64,000 bases of DNA from Candidatus Cloacimonadales bacterium (GCA_963665815.1 OY762463.1:3424001-3488000), one strand, 5' to 3'; positions 39,101 through 49,944 are shown, numbered from the stretch's first letter. Numbers and translations: made by a program. The notes: a model not told the origin generated them from the letters alone.

Positions 39101-41000
39101 TAAGAACTCCGAGAGAGTGGAAGCCCAGAAGCAAACACCGATAAAAATAATAATCGGAAATCCACCTTATTCTGTTGGGCAGAAATCCGCTAATGATAAT
39201 GCCCAGAATTTGAGTTATAAGAAACTTGATAGAAGAGTTGCTGATACTTATGCAAAAGACAGTAAGGCAACATCAGTTAAAGCATTGTATGATGCATATA
39301 TTAAGGCTTTTCGCTGGGCTGCAGACAGACTTGATAAAGATGGGATTATATGTTTTGTCTCAAACGGGGCATGGATTACAACAAATGGTATGGATGGTTT
39401 CAGGAAAAGCCTGCAGAAAGAATTTTCTTCAATCTATGTTTTTGACCTAAGGGGTAATCAAAGAACAAGCGGAGAAATGTCCAGAAAAGAGGGTGGTAAA
39501 ATTTTTGGTTCCGGTTCAAGAACACAAGTCTCCGTTACACTATTGGTAAAGAATAGTAAATCAAATAAAAATGCTGAAATCTTCTACTGCGATATAGGTG
39601 ATTATTTGAACAGAAATGAAAAACTAAGTCTTCTTAGAAAATATAAATCTGTTACCAGTGAAGAAATGAAATGGAGAAAACTTAAACCCAATAAGCACGG
39701 AGACTGGCTTAATCAGAGAAATGATGTTTTTTCTAATTATCTGCCTATGGCTCCGGATAAGAAATTCAGTACTAATAGCAAATCTTTTTTTGTTGTTAAC
39801 TCCATGGGAGTAAATACAAGTAGAGATGTTTGGGTTTACAATTTTTCCAGTAAATCTGTAAGAAATAATATGGAGAAGATGGTTAGAAACTACAATGAAG
39901 AAGTAAAACGATTCAAAAAGGCTAAGGCTTATAATCCTGCTCTCGAAGCAAAGACCTTTGTTGATAACAATCCTGAATATATAAGCTGGTCCAGTAGTTT
40001 ATTGCCAAATGTTGATAGAGGTAATTTCGCAGAATATGAACCTGAGAGAGTAATTAAATCAATTTACAGACCTTTTGTTAAACAAAATCTTTATATGGGT
40101 GACAAAATGATTCACAGACGAGGGCAGATGGAACAGGTTTTCCAAGATTATAAAGAAAAAAATGTTGTTATTTCGATCCATAGTTCGAGCAGTGCGAAGG
40201 AATTTTCTTGTTTAGTATCTGACATTATGATGGATTTGCACTATGTAGGAGATACACAATGTTTCCCTCTCTACTATTTTGAAGAGAAGAACGAAATGCA
40301 AAATACTTTGTTTGATATTGGAGGAAACAGTAAGTATAAGAGGCTGGATGGTGTTTCTGATTTTATTCTCAAGCAGGCAGTAAAGTTATATGGTAAGAGA
40401 GTGACCAAGGAAAATATATTTTACTATGTTTACGGAATTCTGCACAGTAGGGACTACAGAGCTGCATTTGCCAATGATCTTAAGAAGATGCTGCCGAGAA
40501 TTCCTCTTGTTGAGCGGCCTAAAGATTTCTGGGCATTCTGCCGGGCTGGAGAAAAACTCGCAGATCTGCATCTTAATTATGAGTCTGTTCCTGCTGCTCC
40601 TGGTTTGCTTATCATTGTTGATGGACAGACAGAGCAAATGAATGAGGTACGTCTTAATACAGGTAAAGAGGATCATGTGAATTTCCATGTAACAAAAATG
40701 CGTTTTCCTAAAAAGGGTGAGAGGGATAAGATAATTTACAATAGTTTATTAACTGTGGAGAATATTCCCGAAAAAGCCTATGAGTATCAGGTTAACGGTA
40801 AATCTGCAATTGAATGGATAATGGAGCGTTACCAGATTAAAACGGATAAAAAATCAGGTATCACGAATGATCCTAATGATTGGGCGGAGGAAACAGGCAA
40901 TCCTCGCTATATACTGGATTTGCTTTTGAGTGTGATTAATGTAAGCATCCAGACTGTAGATATTGTTAATAATCTGCCAGCATTAGAGTTTGATGTATAA
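36126..41000 (+). CDS. Type ISP restriction-modification enzyme (LlaBIII/LlaGI-like)
   Basis: Mrr-like DTGIDLV..AIQCK, MACGTGKT, DEAH, TAT, QSVGRVMR, DPFTGTG, NPPY, C-terminal specificity region. Confidence 0.95.
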   Translation: MTFNEILSKYRKIAFSERDKGERFERLMAAYLQTDPNYGDQLNTVWMWNDFPFRDDFGGTDTGIDLVAKTNNNEYWAIQCKFFDESAYIDKASVDSFLATSGRSFRNEQLKTVSFSQRLWISTTNKWSVNAENALKNQNPPAFRLNLSALEEAPVDWDKINKGLIGKIARKSKKQLRNHQIEALVKTEDYFKNNDRGKLIMACGTGKTFTALKISEKVTAGKGFVLVLVPSIALIGQMLREWTGDAEKSINAICICSDPKVSKHKKSNKEGSAVIDLAQPASTDPEYVKHQLIGFNNYDSPRMTVVFSTYQSIEVISKVQKAIINANIGYDAFDLIICDEAHRTTGVTLSGEDESAFVKVHDNDFIRAKKRLYMTATPRLYSDDSKSKAAISDAVLCSMDDEKLYGKEIYRIGFGEAVERDLLTDYKVLILTLNDNDISPVVQSALSAGSELSTDDATKLVGVINALSKQVLGDNGLLKNSDPEPMKRAVAFCQNIKISKKTTSVFNNASESYLETIDERRRKKMVQASSKHIDGTMSATERDDLLSWLKSNDTESDECRILTNVRCLSEGVDVPSLDAVAFLSARNSQVDVVQSVGRVMRKAPGKKYGYIIIPVVIPSNIPPSQALNDNQRFKVVWTVLNALRAHDDRFNATVNKIELNKKKPDQILVGGITSDNENVSDNENIEISRQLMLQFEELQGVVYAKMVEKVGDRFYWEQWAKDVAVIAENQIERINTLIDNCPEHKDTFSDFLNGLQKNINPGISHKQTVEMLAQHIITRPIFESLFENYSFAKNNAISQSMQNMLDMLEGNTLEGESETLQKFYNSVRKRAEGIDNAEGKQRIIIELYDKFFKTAFPKMVEQLGIVYTPVEVVDFIIHSVDNILRKEFDRRLTDEYVHILDPFTGTGTFITRLLQSGLIDSGDLKRKYSKELHANEIVLLAYYIAAVNIENTFHDLLEENAAYKPFDGIVLTDTFQMGEDEEKDDCRTTMFPKNSERVEAQKQTPIKIIIGNPPYSVGQKSANDNAQNLSYKKLDRRVADTYAKDSKATSVKALYDAYIKAFRWAADRLDKDGIICFVSNGAWITTNGMDGFRKSLQKEFSSIYVFDLRGNQRTSGEMSRKEGGKIFGSGSRTQVSVTLLVKNSKSNKNAEIFYCDIGDYLNRNEKLSLLRKYKSVTSEEMKWRKLKPNKHGDWLNQRNDVFSNYLPMAPDKKFSTNSKSFFVVNSMGVNTSRDVWVYNFSSKSVRNNMEKMVRNYNEEVKRFKKAKAYNPALEAKTFVDNNPEYISWSSSLLPNVDRGNFAEYEPERVIKSIYRPFVKQNLYMGDKMIHRRGQMEQVFQDYKEKNVVISIHSSSSAKEFSCLVSDIMMDLHYVGDTQCFPLYYFEEKNEMQNTLFDIGGNSKYKRLDGVSDFILKQAVKLYGKRVTKENIFYYVYGILHSRDYRAAFANDLKKMLPRIPLVERPKDFWAFCRAGEKLADLHLNYESVPAAPGLLIIVDGQTEQMNEVRLNTGKEDHVNFHVTKMRFPKKGERDKIIYNSLLTVENIPEKAYEYQVNGKSAIEWIMERYQIKTDKKSGITNDPNDWAEETGNPRYILDLLLSVINVSIQTVDIVNNLPALEFDV

Positions 41001-41020
41001 TCGTTTTTTTAGCAAGTGGG

Positions 41021-43032
41021 TGCATGCAACGTAGAGACACAACATCTTGTGTCTCAGGAGAGAAACCTGTGGGTAAGAAACAAAAAACGGAATAAAATTA
41101 ACGTGGTTAACATGCGGAATCATATAGTATTGGTTTTGCAGGATTTTTGAGCCACAAGATATTGTGGCTCTACAAAGCGGTTAACTCTCTGTGGATATGC
41201 ATGCAACGTAGAGACACAACATCTTGTGTCTCTGAATAGAAACCTGTGGGTGAGAAACAATAACCGGAATAAAAGAAACACGGGTTAACAGCCGGAATCA
41301 TATAATGTTTGGTTCTGCATGACATTTGAGCCACAAGATATTGTGGCTCTACAAATTGGTTAAATCTCTGTGGATATGCATGCATCGTAGAGACACAACA
41401 TCTTGTGTCTCTGAATAGAAACCTGTGGGTGAGAAACAATAAGCGGAATAAAAGAAACGCGGTTTAACAACCGGAATCATATAATGTTTGGTTCTGCATG
41501 ACATTTGAGCCACAAGATATTGTGGCTCTACAAATTGGTTAAATCTCTGTGGATATGCATGCATCGTAGAGACACAACATCTTGTGTCTCTGAATAGAAA
41601 CCTGTGGGTGAGAAACAATAAGCGGAATAAAAGAAACGCGGTTTAACAACCGGAATCATATAGTGTTGGTTTTGCAGGATTTTTGAGCCACAAGATATTG
41701 TAGCTCTACAAAGCTGTTAACTCTCTGCGGCTATGCATACATCGTAGAGACACAATATCTTGTGTCTCTGAATAGAAACCTGTGGGTGAGAAACAATAAG
41801 CGGAATAAAAGAAACGCGGTTTAACAACCGGAATCATATAATGTTGGTTTTGCAGGATTTTTGAGCCACAAGATATTGTGGCTCTACAAAGCGGTTAACT
41901 CTCTGTGGATATGCATGCAACGTAGAGACACAACATCTTGTGTCTCTGAATAGAAACCTGTGGGTGAGAAACAATAACCGGAATAAAATAAACGTTGGTT
42001 TAACAACCGGAATCATATAGTGTTGGTTTTGCAGGATTTTTGAGCCACAAGATATTGTGGCTCTACAAAGCTGTTAACTCTCTGCGGCTATGCATACATC
42101 GTAGAGACACAATATCTTGTGTCTCTGAATAGAAACCTGTGGGTGAGAAACAATAAGCGGAATAAAAGAAACGCGGTTTAACAACCGGAATCATATAGTG
42201 TTGGTTTTGCAGGATTTTTGAGCCACAAGATATTGTAGCTCTACAAAGCTGTTAACTCTCTGCGGCTATGCATACATCGTAGAGACACAATATCTTGTGT
42301 CTCTGAATAGAAACCTGTGTGTGAGAAACAATAACCGGAATAAAATAAACGTTGGTTTAACAACCGGAATCATATAATGTTGGTTTTGCAGGATTTTTGA
42401 GCCACAAGATATTGTGGCTCTACAAAGCTGTTAACTCTCTGTGAATATGCATGCAACGTAGAGACACAACATCTTGTGTCTCTGAATAGAAAATTATTGA
42501 ATCAGGAAACAATAAGCGGAATAAAATAAACGTGGTTTAACAACCGGAATCATATAATGTTTGGTTCTGCATGACATTTGAGCCACAAGATATTGTGGAT
42601 CAACAAAACGGTTAATTTTCTGCGGATATGAAAGGTCGTATAGACACAACATCTTGTGTCTCAGAATAGAAAATTATTAAATCAGGAAACAATAACCGGA
42701 ATAAAATAAACGTGGATTAACAACCGGAATCATATAATGTTTGGTTCTGTGGGATATTCGAGCCACAAGATATTGTGGCTCTACAAAGCTGTTAACTCTC
42801 TGTGAATATGCATGTATCATAGAGACACAACATCTTGTGTCTCTGAATAGAAACCTGTGGGTGAGAAACAATAACCGGAATAAAATAAACGTTGGTTTAA
42901 CAACCGGAATCATATAGTGTTGGTTTTGCAGGATTTTTGAGCCACAAGATATTGTAGCTCTACAAAGCTGTTAACTCTATGCGGATATGCATACATCGTA
43001 GAGACACAATATCTTGTGTCTCTGAATAGAAA
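41021..43032. repeat. BIME/REPIN-like tandem array: ~11 units of ~179 bp with inverted GTAG-family REP pairs
   Basis: gtagagacacaa-catc-ttgtgtctc at 41031, 41208, 41387 ... 42998 alternating with gagccacaa-gata-ttgtggctctac. Confidence 0.92.
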
Positions 43033-43062
43033 ATTATGAATTATAGTATTGGGAGTGAGTAA

Positions 43063-43701
43063 TTGGTAAAATTCAAAAACAAATATCGAATCTCAACCAC
43101 TAGATTGCATAGTTGGGATTATAGTTGGAATGCAGTATATTTCGTGACAATTTGTACTCATAATAAAGAGCATTTCTTTGGAAGAATTCTATCAGGTGAA
43201 ATGGTTTTATCAGAAATTGGACAAATCGCTGATGAATTCTGGAAAGATATTCCACAGCATTTTCCGTTTGTAAAATTAGGTGAATATATAATAATGCCAA
43301 ATCATATACACGGGTTAGTCAGAATAGATAAGGTCATAGAAGATAATTCTACTACTGTAGAAACACAATATTCTGTATCTCAAAAACAGAATATTGCACT
43401 TGAGAATAATAATGATGTAACTCCAGGACATATTTTTGGAATCAATGAGTCACAAGATATTGTGGCTCTACACCCATACTCATTAACAATGAATAAATTT
43501 GGTCCACAATCAGGGAATTTGGCATCTATTATAAGGGGTTTTAAATCTGGTGTAACAAAGAAAGCAAGAAAAATTGATCCTCTTTTCAGATGGCAGCCCA
43601 GGTATTTTGATCATATAGTCCGCAATAACAATGATTTTGACAACATAACGAGATATATTATAGACAATCCAGAAAATTGGAATGAAGATGAGCTGTTTTG
43701 A
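43063..43701 (+). CDS. REP-associated tyrosine transposase (RAYT, IS200-like Y1)
   Basis: YFVTICT, MPNHIHG (HUH), WQPRYFDHIVRN, YIIDNPENW; flanked by REPs. Confidence 0.92.
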   Translation: MVKFKNKYRISTTRLHSWDYSWNAVYFVTICTHNKEHFFGRILSGEMVLSEIGQIADEFWKDIPQHFPFVKLGEYIIMPNHIHGLVRIDKVIEDNSTTVETQYSVSQKQNIALENNNDVTPGHIFGINESQDIVALHPYSLTMNKFGPQSGNLASIIRGFKSGVTKKARKIDPLFRWQPRYFDHIVRNNNDFDNITRYIIDNPENWNEDELF

Positions 43702-43702
43702 T

Positions 43703-43912
43703 GTAGAGACACAACATCTTGTGTCTCTGAATAGAAACCTGTGGGTGAGAAACAATAACCGGAATAAAATAAACGTGGTTAACAGCCGGAATCATATAAT
43801 GTTTGGTTCTGCAGGATTTTTGAGCCACAAGATATTGTGGCTCTACAAAGCTGTTAACTCTCTGTGGATATGAAAGGTCTTAGAGACACAACATCTTGTG
43901 TCTCAGAATAGA
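43703..43912. repeat. Downstream REP unit of the same array
   Basis: One complete unit plus a further REP copy. Confidence 0.9.
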
Positions 43913-43975
43913 AAAACATTGTTCTCATTTCCCCCCCACCCGGAGCAAGATGACCCCGGGTGAAGGTATAGATAT

Positions 43976-44851
43976 TTACTTAACGGCTATGTACATGTCG
44001 AAGCCGGGTTTATCGTTGAGAACCTGGTCTACTCCGTTTTCCCAGATCGTAAATTCGTCCTTCGGAGCAAATTCGTAATTGACATTTTTTATCCATTCGC
44101 AACAAATAAAGACGTAAGCGTCACGTACGGTTTTCATGCTGCCTTTATGCGTGAAAATTGCATATTGATGTTCAGGAATAGTGTATCGGTTCAGTCCTGC
44201 CGGGGTTGGCTCAGACGGATCGATCTCTATTCCAGTTACATACTGCCATTTGTCTTCAGGTCCCGGTTCCTGATCCATAAATCTCGGATCATGGAAGCAC
44301 AGTCCCACCGCTTTTGCAATCTGAAGTTTTTGGTTTCCTGCAATTTTGTCATTCAGGTCTTTCCACATTTCATTAATCTGAGTTCCTTGAGTCTTGGTTA
44401 TAATTTCTCTTTGAAGTCCGACTAACGTAATCTCTTTTACTGTTTTGATTTTGTAATCCATTCTTTTTCCTCCTGTGTTATAGAGGCAGATCTGCACGTT
44501 CATTTTTTGTTTGTATTTTATCAGCTGATTTTTTTTTCTGAAAGCCTGAGGAGTCATACTGAAATATTTGCGGAATGCCCTGATAAAGGTTTCCGGGTTA
44601 CCGAATCCTGTTTTTTCCGACAGTGCTTTTACGGTGATATCAGAATTCAGCAGTTCTTTTGCAGCTTCGGAAAGGATGCGTTCCCGCATGTAAGTTTTGA
44701 TTCCTGTTCCGGTGAATATGGAGAACACTCTGCTGAAATGGTATTGTGAGAATCCGCAGTAATCAGCAACCTGTTCTACGGTTGGCTGAGTGAACAATCT
44801 GTTTTCGATGTAATTCACTGATCTCTGGAGTATATTCTGATAATCCGGCAT
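43976..44851 (-). CDS. AraC-family regulator with GyrI-like effector domain
   Basis: Two HTHs (FSQYHFSRVF, GFGNPETFIRAFRK) plus IPEHQYAIFTHKG. Confidence 0.92.
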   Translation of the reverse strand: MPDYQNILQRSVNYIENRLFTQPTVEQVADYCGFSQYHFSRVFSIFTGTGIKTYMRERILSEAAKELLNSDITVKALSEKTGFGNPETFIRAFRKYFSMTPQAFRKKNQLIKYKQKMNVQICLYNTGGKRMDYKIKTVKEITLVGLQREIITKTQGTQINEMWKDLNDKIAGNQKLQIAKAVGLCFHDPRFMDQEPGPEDKWQYVTGIEIDPSEPTPAGLNRYTIPEHQYAIFTHKGSMKTVRDAYVFICCEWIKNVNYEFAPKDEFTIWENGVDQVLNDKPGFDMYIAVK

Positions 44852-45016
44852 GTTTCCTCTTTTTTACATTGACTTTTCTTGCTCATACATCATAAACTTA
44901 CAGGAGTCAAGTTATTTAAGGGATCAAGTAAAATAATTGTGACATATTTCGTAAAACATAATATATTGTTGATGTCTACTTATTATGGAAAGTATGCACA
45001 AAAATCAGGAGAAAAA

Positions 45017-46777
45017 ATGCAGAAAACAAAGATTGTTTGCACACTCAGCAACAGACTTTCAAGACAAAATATAGAAGATATGATAAAAAAGGGAATGAAT
45101 GTCGCCCGACTCAATTTTTCACATTCAACTTACGAAGATGCAGAACAAATGATAGAACTGCTCAGAGATATCCAGAAAAAACTCGGTATCCCTCTGGCAA
45201 TAATGATGGATACAAAAGGTCCTGAAGTACGAATTTACGGACAGAAAGAAACGGTCTTCCTTAAGGCTGGTACAATCATTAATGTTGCTTCGTACACCGG
45301 TGAAGATATTGCAGTAAAGTTTTCAGATAAAGAGACATCTTTTTATACTAATTTACCCAATATAGGCAAGCTTGTAAATACAGGTGATACAGTTCTGCTG
45401 ATGGATGGTTTTATATCCGGGGAAATAACTGAGACAACCGACGATTCTATTCTGGTGAAAATTATGAATAAGGGAAATCTCAGACCTAAGGCTCATTTGA
45501 CAATTCCGTCTCTGGATTATCCGCTTCCATTCCTTTCAGAGAAAGACCGGGAAGACATACGCTTTGCTGTGAAACATGATCTGGATTACATTGCAATGTC
45601 GTTTGTCAGGGAGAAACAGGATATTCTGGATGTAAAGAATCTTATTATTGATGCAGATATCAATTCACGTATTAAGCTGATTTCCAAGATTGAGAATAAG
45701 CAGGCTATAAATAATTTCGAGAGTATTATGCAGCTATCTGATGGTATTATGGTTGCCAGGGGAGATCTGGGAGTAGAGCTGCCTTTGGAAGAGGTTCCGA
45801 TAAGACAGAAGGCTATAATCAAAAGATGTTATCAGTCCGGTAAACCTGTTATAACAGCCACTCAGATGCTGGAATCCATGATTGAGAATCCGGTTCCAAC
45901 CAGAGCCGAGGCATCAGATGTTGCTAATGCCTGTTATGATCTTACTTCAGGAGTAATGCTTTCAGGAGAGACAGCAATTGGGAACTATCCTGTTTTGACA
46001 GTAGAGACAATGCAGAATATAATCAAAAGAGTGGAGAACTCATTTGATTACAGGAAATTTTTCTATCAACGTGAAATTGATTTTCCTAAAACGAATTTAA
46101 CAACAATTATTTCCTATAATGCTATTTCTACAGCATATCAGTGTCAGGCAGCCGCTCTTGTAGTGCACACAATGTCCGGTTATACTGCCAGAATGCTTTC
46201 CAAGTTGAGGAGTGGGTTGCCAATTTATGCTTTTACAGCAGATAAGAAAGTGTTTAATCAATTGTCATTGAACTGGGGAGTTCATCCCTGTCTGATCTCT
46301 CAGGCAACAAATTTTGAGGACCTTGTAAAGTTATCCATGGATGTCTGTCTGAAAAAGAACTGGCTGAAAAAGGGAGATTTAGTTGTAGTTGTTGCAGGAC
46401 TTCCACTTGGTACTCGCGGAACAACCAATATGATCAGGATTGAAACTGTTGGTAAGGCAACTCTCAAGGGTAAAGTAGTTCACCCGGGGAAATCGGAAGC
46501 CCCCATTGTATTTGTAAAGAGCTATAAGGATATATCTACAAAGGATATCAATGATAAGATAGTTGTTCTGAACACGTTCAAGAAGGAGTATACACCATTT
46601 TTGAAGTATGCTTCAGGTATTATAATAGAAACAAGTGCTTATGAACATGAATTGTCATTATTGGGTCTTGCGTATGGTATTCCTGTATTGTCAAGAGTGC
46701 AGGATGCGTTTTCTCGATTGAACGATGATACTGTAATCTCAATGAATGCTGATAAGGGAATAATTATTGATATCTAA
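45017..46777 (+). CDS. pyk: Pyruvate kinase with C-terminal swivel-like extension
   Basis: KTKIVCT, ARLNFSH, DTKGPE, SKIEN, ARGDLG, ATQMLESM, PTRAE, MLSGETA. Confidence 0.95.
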   Translation: MQKTKIVCTLSNRLSRQNIEDMIKKGMNVARLNFSHSTYEDAEQMIELLRDIQKKLGIPLAIMMDTKGPEVRIYGQKETVFLKAGTIINVASYTGEDIAVKFSDKETSFYTNLPNIGKLVNTGDTVLLMDGFISGEITETTDDSILVKIMNKGNLRPKAHLTIPSLDYPLPFLSEKDREDIRFAVKHDLDYIAMSFVREKQDILDVKNLIIDADINSRIKLISKIENKQAINNFESIMQLSDGIMVARGDLGVELPLEEVPIRQKAIIKRCYQSGKPVITATQMLESMIENPVPTRAEASDVANACYDLTSGVMLSGETAIGNYPVLTVETMQNIIKRVENSFDYRKFFYQREIDFPKTNLTTIISYNAISTAYQCQAAALVVHTMSGYTARMLSKLRSGLPIYAFTADKKVFNQLSLNWGVHPCLISQATNFEDLVKLSMDVCLKKNWLKKGDLVVVVAGLPLGTRGTTNMIRIETVGKATLKGKVVHPGKSEAPIVFVKSYKDISTKDINDKIVVLNTFKKEYTPFLKYASGIIIETSAYEHELSLLGLAYGIPVLSRVQDAFSRLNDDTVISMNADKGIIIDI

Positions 46778-46800
46778 TAAATAATCGAAGATATGGATAA

Positions 46801-49800
46801 ATGAGAAAGAACACCGGAAATTTCAGACTGTCAGAATACGTCTACTGGACTGCAATAATATCTGTAGTACTTGCTATAGCGGCTATCTATCTAAGTATAG
46901 CTCATATAAGTATGCAGAATGCTGTCAGTTTGAATGAACAATTAAAGTATGCTAAACATAATTCAGATCGTAATAATCTGAGACACCATGCTTTATCGAT
47001 TCTTAGTCTGATAAAAACCGGTCAAGAAAGAGAAGATATTGAGAGTAAGCACAGACTCCGACGTGAAGCCAGAAAACTTAATATTCTGGTTAATTCAATA
47101 TACAAGAAAAACAGGCATAAGTCTCATTCTGCATTGAAAAAGCATCTGGCATCAATAATCAATGATCTGAGTAATGAGATGTCTGATTACTATTTCATAT
47201 ATGATTTTCAGAAAAAGGATTTTATTGTACCTGAATCAAAAGTTCCCGAAATTCCAAATAAGCAGTATCAGGCAGAGATGAAAGCATTGCATGAAACATT
47301 TGTGCAGGCAATATACAGTCAGAATGAAACTCTACTTGAATACAACATGATTAGAACCAGTGGCGATGAACAGCATACTCGTAGCACAACAGCTTATGTG
47401 TTCTATTTTAAACCACTTGATATTCTGCTTGGCGCGAATCTATTTCCATATGAGATGATGAGAAAGCTGAAGAAAGAGTTTCTCGAAAACCTTGATGTTT
47501 TTGAAGACAACACTCATATGCAGATATTCACGGGTAATTATAATGGAGAGATATTTATTGAATCTGATGATAGAAAGAGAAATATCATCCTTAAGGATAA
47601 AGAAGGCAAAATTTATTCTCGTGAGCTCGTAAGAGCTGCATTGAAAGGTGGTGATTACATTGAATATGAAAGCTCTGAAACACAGACGGTTGTTAATTAT
47701 GTAATTGGGATTGATGAATGGGAAATGTATTTTTGCTGTCAGATTATAATGCTGAATGACAGCAATGAAAATGGTGTGTCATTTCTTGAGGTAATGAGCA
47801 GGCATACCGGAACCTTATTAGTTTTGTTTTCCGTTCTGATTGTAATCACGATAATTGTCGGCAGCTTCTTCAAAAGGAAGATATCAAGTGATATCAGGAA
47901 TATTGAAAAATGGGTAGATGGGATTGAAAATGATTCATCTGATGATGCACCTGAATTTCACTTTTATGATCTCGAAAGGCTATTAACAGGTTTTGATAAT
48001 AACTTTAAACAGGAAAGAGAGCGATTCAGAGATGTTCAAAGAGATAATGAGTTTTTAAAATCCGTTATTGATCAAGCTCATATCGGAATACAAATCTGGG
48101 TTAGAAACAAACGAAACTCAATAAGGATAAAGTACACGAATCGTTATTACTCAAATCTTATGGATCTACTGACAAAATCTAAATTCAGCAGCAGGAGAAC
48201 CGGGATATTGAGGAGTACTGTTCATAAGTGTCTGATATCGGTCAGGAATGTGTTTGATCCTCCTCATAATAGATTGGAGAATGAAGTAACAATTGAAGAT
48301 GTAGATGGAAAGAATCTCTATTTGAATATTACTGCAACACCTGTATTTAATAAGAAACTTGAATTTGTTGCTTGTACTGAGATTGTTACAGATGTATCTG
48401 AAAAAAGCAGAGATATTGACAGATTGAAGACTTCAGAACAGAATTATAAAGAAATATTTAACACTTCTACTGATGCTATAACAATTTTTGAGCCGGATGA
48501 GTTTAGAGTTGTAGATGTGAACAAGGCAATGCTGAAACTGTTTGGCTATACTTATGAAGAAGCTTTGAGATTGAGTTATCTTGACCTCAGCCATGAGCAC
48601 TCAAAGATAAAAATTATCCAGTACAAGAATTTGTTTGCCAGTATAAAAGAGAAGAGTCCATTGTACTTTATCTGGAAAGGCAAAAAGAATAATGGAAGAT
48701 CAATAAGTCTGGAGAATGTTCTTAAGCGTGTCAATATCGGAAAAAAAGAGCATGTTCTGTTGTTCTCAAAGGATATCACAATTCAGAAAGAAGCACAGGA
48801 TGAGCTGGAAAGAACAAAATCCTATCTCGATAATATTGTGAACAGCATGCCATCTGCTCTGATAGGTGCAGATATGGATGGGAAAATAATCGAAGCTAAT
48901 AATAAAGCTCTGGAACTGGGGATAGACCAGAATGTTATTGGCAGGCATATCCTGGTAACATTCCCGTGGCTTGAGGATTATCTTGATCTTGTATTCAGCT
49001 CTATAAAAGAGAAGACGCCTAAATCCAAATCCAAGCAGGTAATCCATATTCATAATAAAAAGATGTATTTCAATATAACCTGCTATCCATTACCGTCAGA
49101 ATTTGAGAATCAGGCGGTTATTCAACTGGATAATGTAACAGATCAGGTGAGAATAGAAGAGATGATTATTCAATCTGAAAAGATGATGACAGTTGGTGGG
49201 CTTGCTGCCGGAATGGCACACGAGATAAACAATCCTCTGGGGATAATTATGCAGGCTGCAGAAAACACCCTTAGAAGGCTTTCTCCTGATTTCGATAAGA
49301 ATCGAGATATAGCAGAAAGATATCATATTGATCTGCAATCACTCAGAGATTATATGAAGGAGAGACAGGTTCTTGATTTTATAAAGAGTATACAAGATGC
49401 TTCAGGAAGGGCATCAGAAATTGTTAAGAATATGCTTAACTTCAGTCGCATGAAGACGGAACGTAAGGAGAATCTTGACATTAACTCGATAGTTAATGAT
49501 ACTATCTACCTTGCAATGCATGATTATGATTTGAAAAAACAGTATGATTTCAAGAGTATTAATCTCGTTAAAGATCTGGGAGATGCTCTGCCAAATGTGA
49601 ATGTAAGTAAGACTGAGATTGAACAGGTAATACTGAATCTCCTGAAAAATGCTGCTCATGCAATGATTAACAAAAAATATGATGATAAACCTGAGATTAG
49701 AATAAGAACCATCAGGGAAGAAAACTACTTAAAGATCAGTATTATTGATAATGGAAAGGGGATGTCTGAAAATATGCAGAAACGTATTTTCGAACCATTC

Positions 49801-49944
49801 TACACGACAAAACCTGTTGGTTCAGGAACAGGGCTTGGATTGTCAGTGTCTTACTTTATTGTTACGAATAACCATAACGGAAAACTTGAAGTTGAATCGA
49901 AGCCGGGGAATGGTGCGAGATTTACTATTTCTTTACCGATATAA
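46801..49944 (+). CDS. Membrane sensor histidine kinase with PAS domains
   Basis: Two TM segments, PAS repeats, AHEINNPL, NLLKNA, DNGKG, FEPFYTTK, GTGLGL. Confidence 0.95.
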   Translation: MRKNTGNFRLSEYVYWTAIISVVLAIAAIYLSIAHISMQNAVSLNEQLKYAKHNSDRNNLRHHALSILSLIKTGQEREDIESKHRLRREARKLNILVNSIYKKNRHKSHSALKKHLASIINDLSNEMSDYYFIYDFQKKDFIVPESKVPEIPNKQYQAEMKALHETFVQAIYSQNETLLEYNMIRTSGDEQHTRSTTAYVFYFKPLDILLGANLFPYEMMRKLKKEFLENLDVFEDNTHMQIFTGNYNGEIFIESDDRKRNIILKDKEGKIYSRELVRAALKGGDYIEYESSETQTVVNYVIGIDEWEMYFCCQIIMLNDSNENGVSFLEVMSRHTGTLLVLFSVLIVITIIVGSFFKRKISSDIRNIEKWVDGIENDSSDDAPEFHFYDLERLLTGFDNNFKQERERFRDVQRDNEFLKSVIDQAHIGIQIWVRNKRNSIRIKYTNRYYSNLMDLLTKSKFSSRRTGILRSTVHKCLISVRNVFDPPHNRLENEVTIEDVDGKNLYLNITATPVFNKKLEFVACTEIVTDVSEKSRDIDRLKTSEQNYKEIFNTSTDAITIFEPDEFRVVDVNKAMLKLFGYTYEEALRLSYLDLSHEHSKIKIIQYKNLFASIKEKSPLYFIWKGKKNNGRSISLENVLKRVNIGKKEHVLLFSKDITIQKEAQDELERTKSYLDNIVNSMPSALIGADMDGKIIEANNKALELGIDQNVIGRHILVTFPWLEDYLDLVFSSIKEKTPKSKSKQVIHIHNKKMYFNITCYPLPSEFENQAVIQLDNVTDQVRIEEMIIQSEKMMTVGGLAAGMAHEINNPLGIIMQAAENTLRRLSPDFDKNRDIAERYHIDLQSLRDYMKERQVLDFIKSIQDASGRASEIVKNMLNFSRMKTERKENLDINSIVNDTIYLAMHDYDLKKQYDFKSINLVKDLGDALPNVNVSKTEIEQVILNLLKNAAHAMINKKYDDKPEIRIRTIREENYLKISIIDNGKGMSENMQKRIFEPFYTTKPVGSGTGLGLSVSYFIVTNNHNGKLEVESKPGNGARFTISLPI

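Noticed and set aside
41170..42913. Short minus-strand ORFs in the REP array (also 32006-32212 and 43510-43873)
   Set aside because: They are translations of non-coding repeats
41021..43912. CRISPR array
   Set aside because: The sequences between palindromes are near-identical rather than unique spacers, and the adjacent gene is a RAYT, not a cas gene
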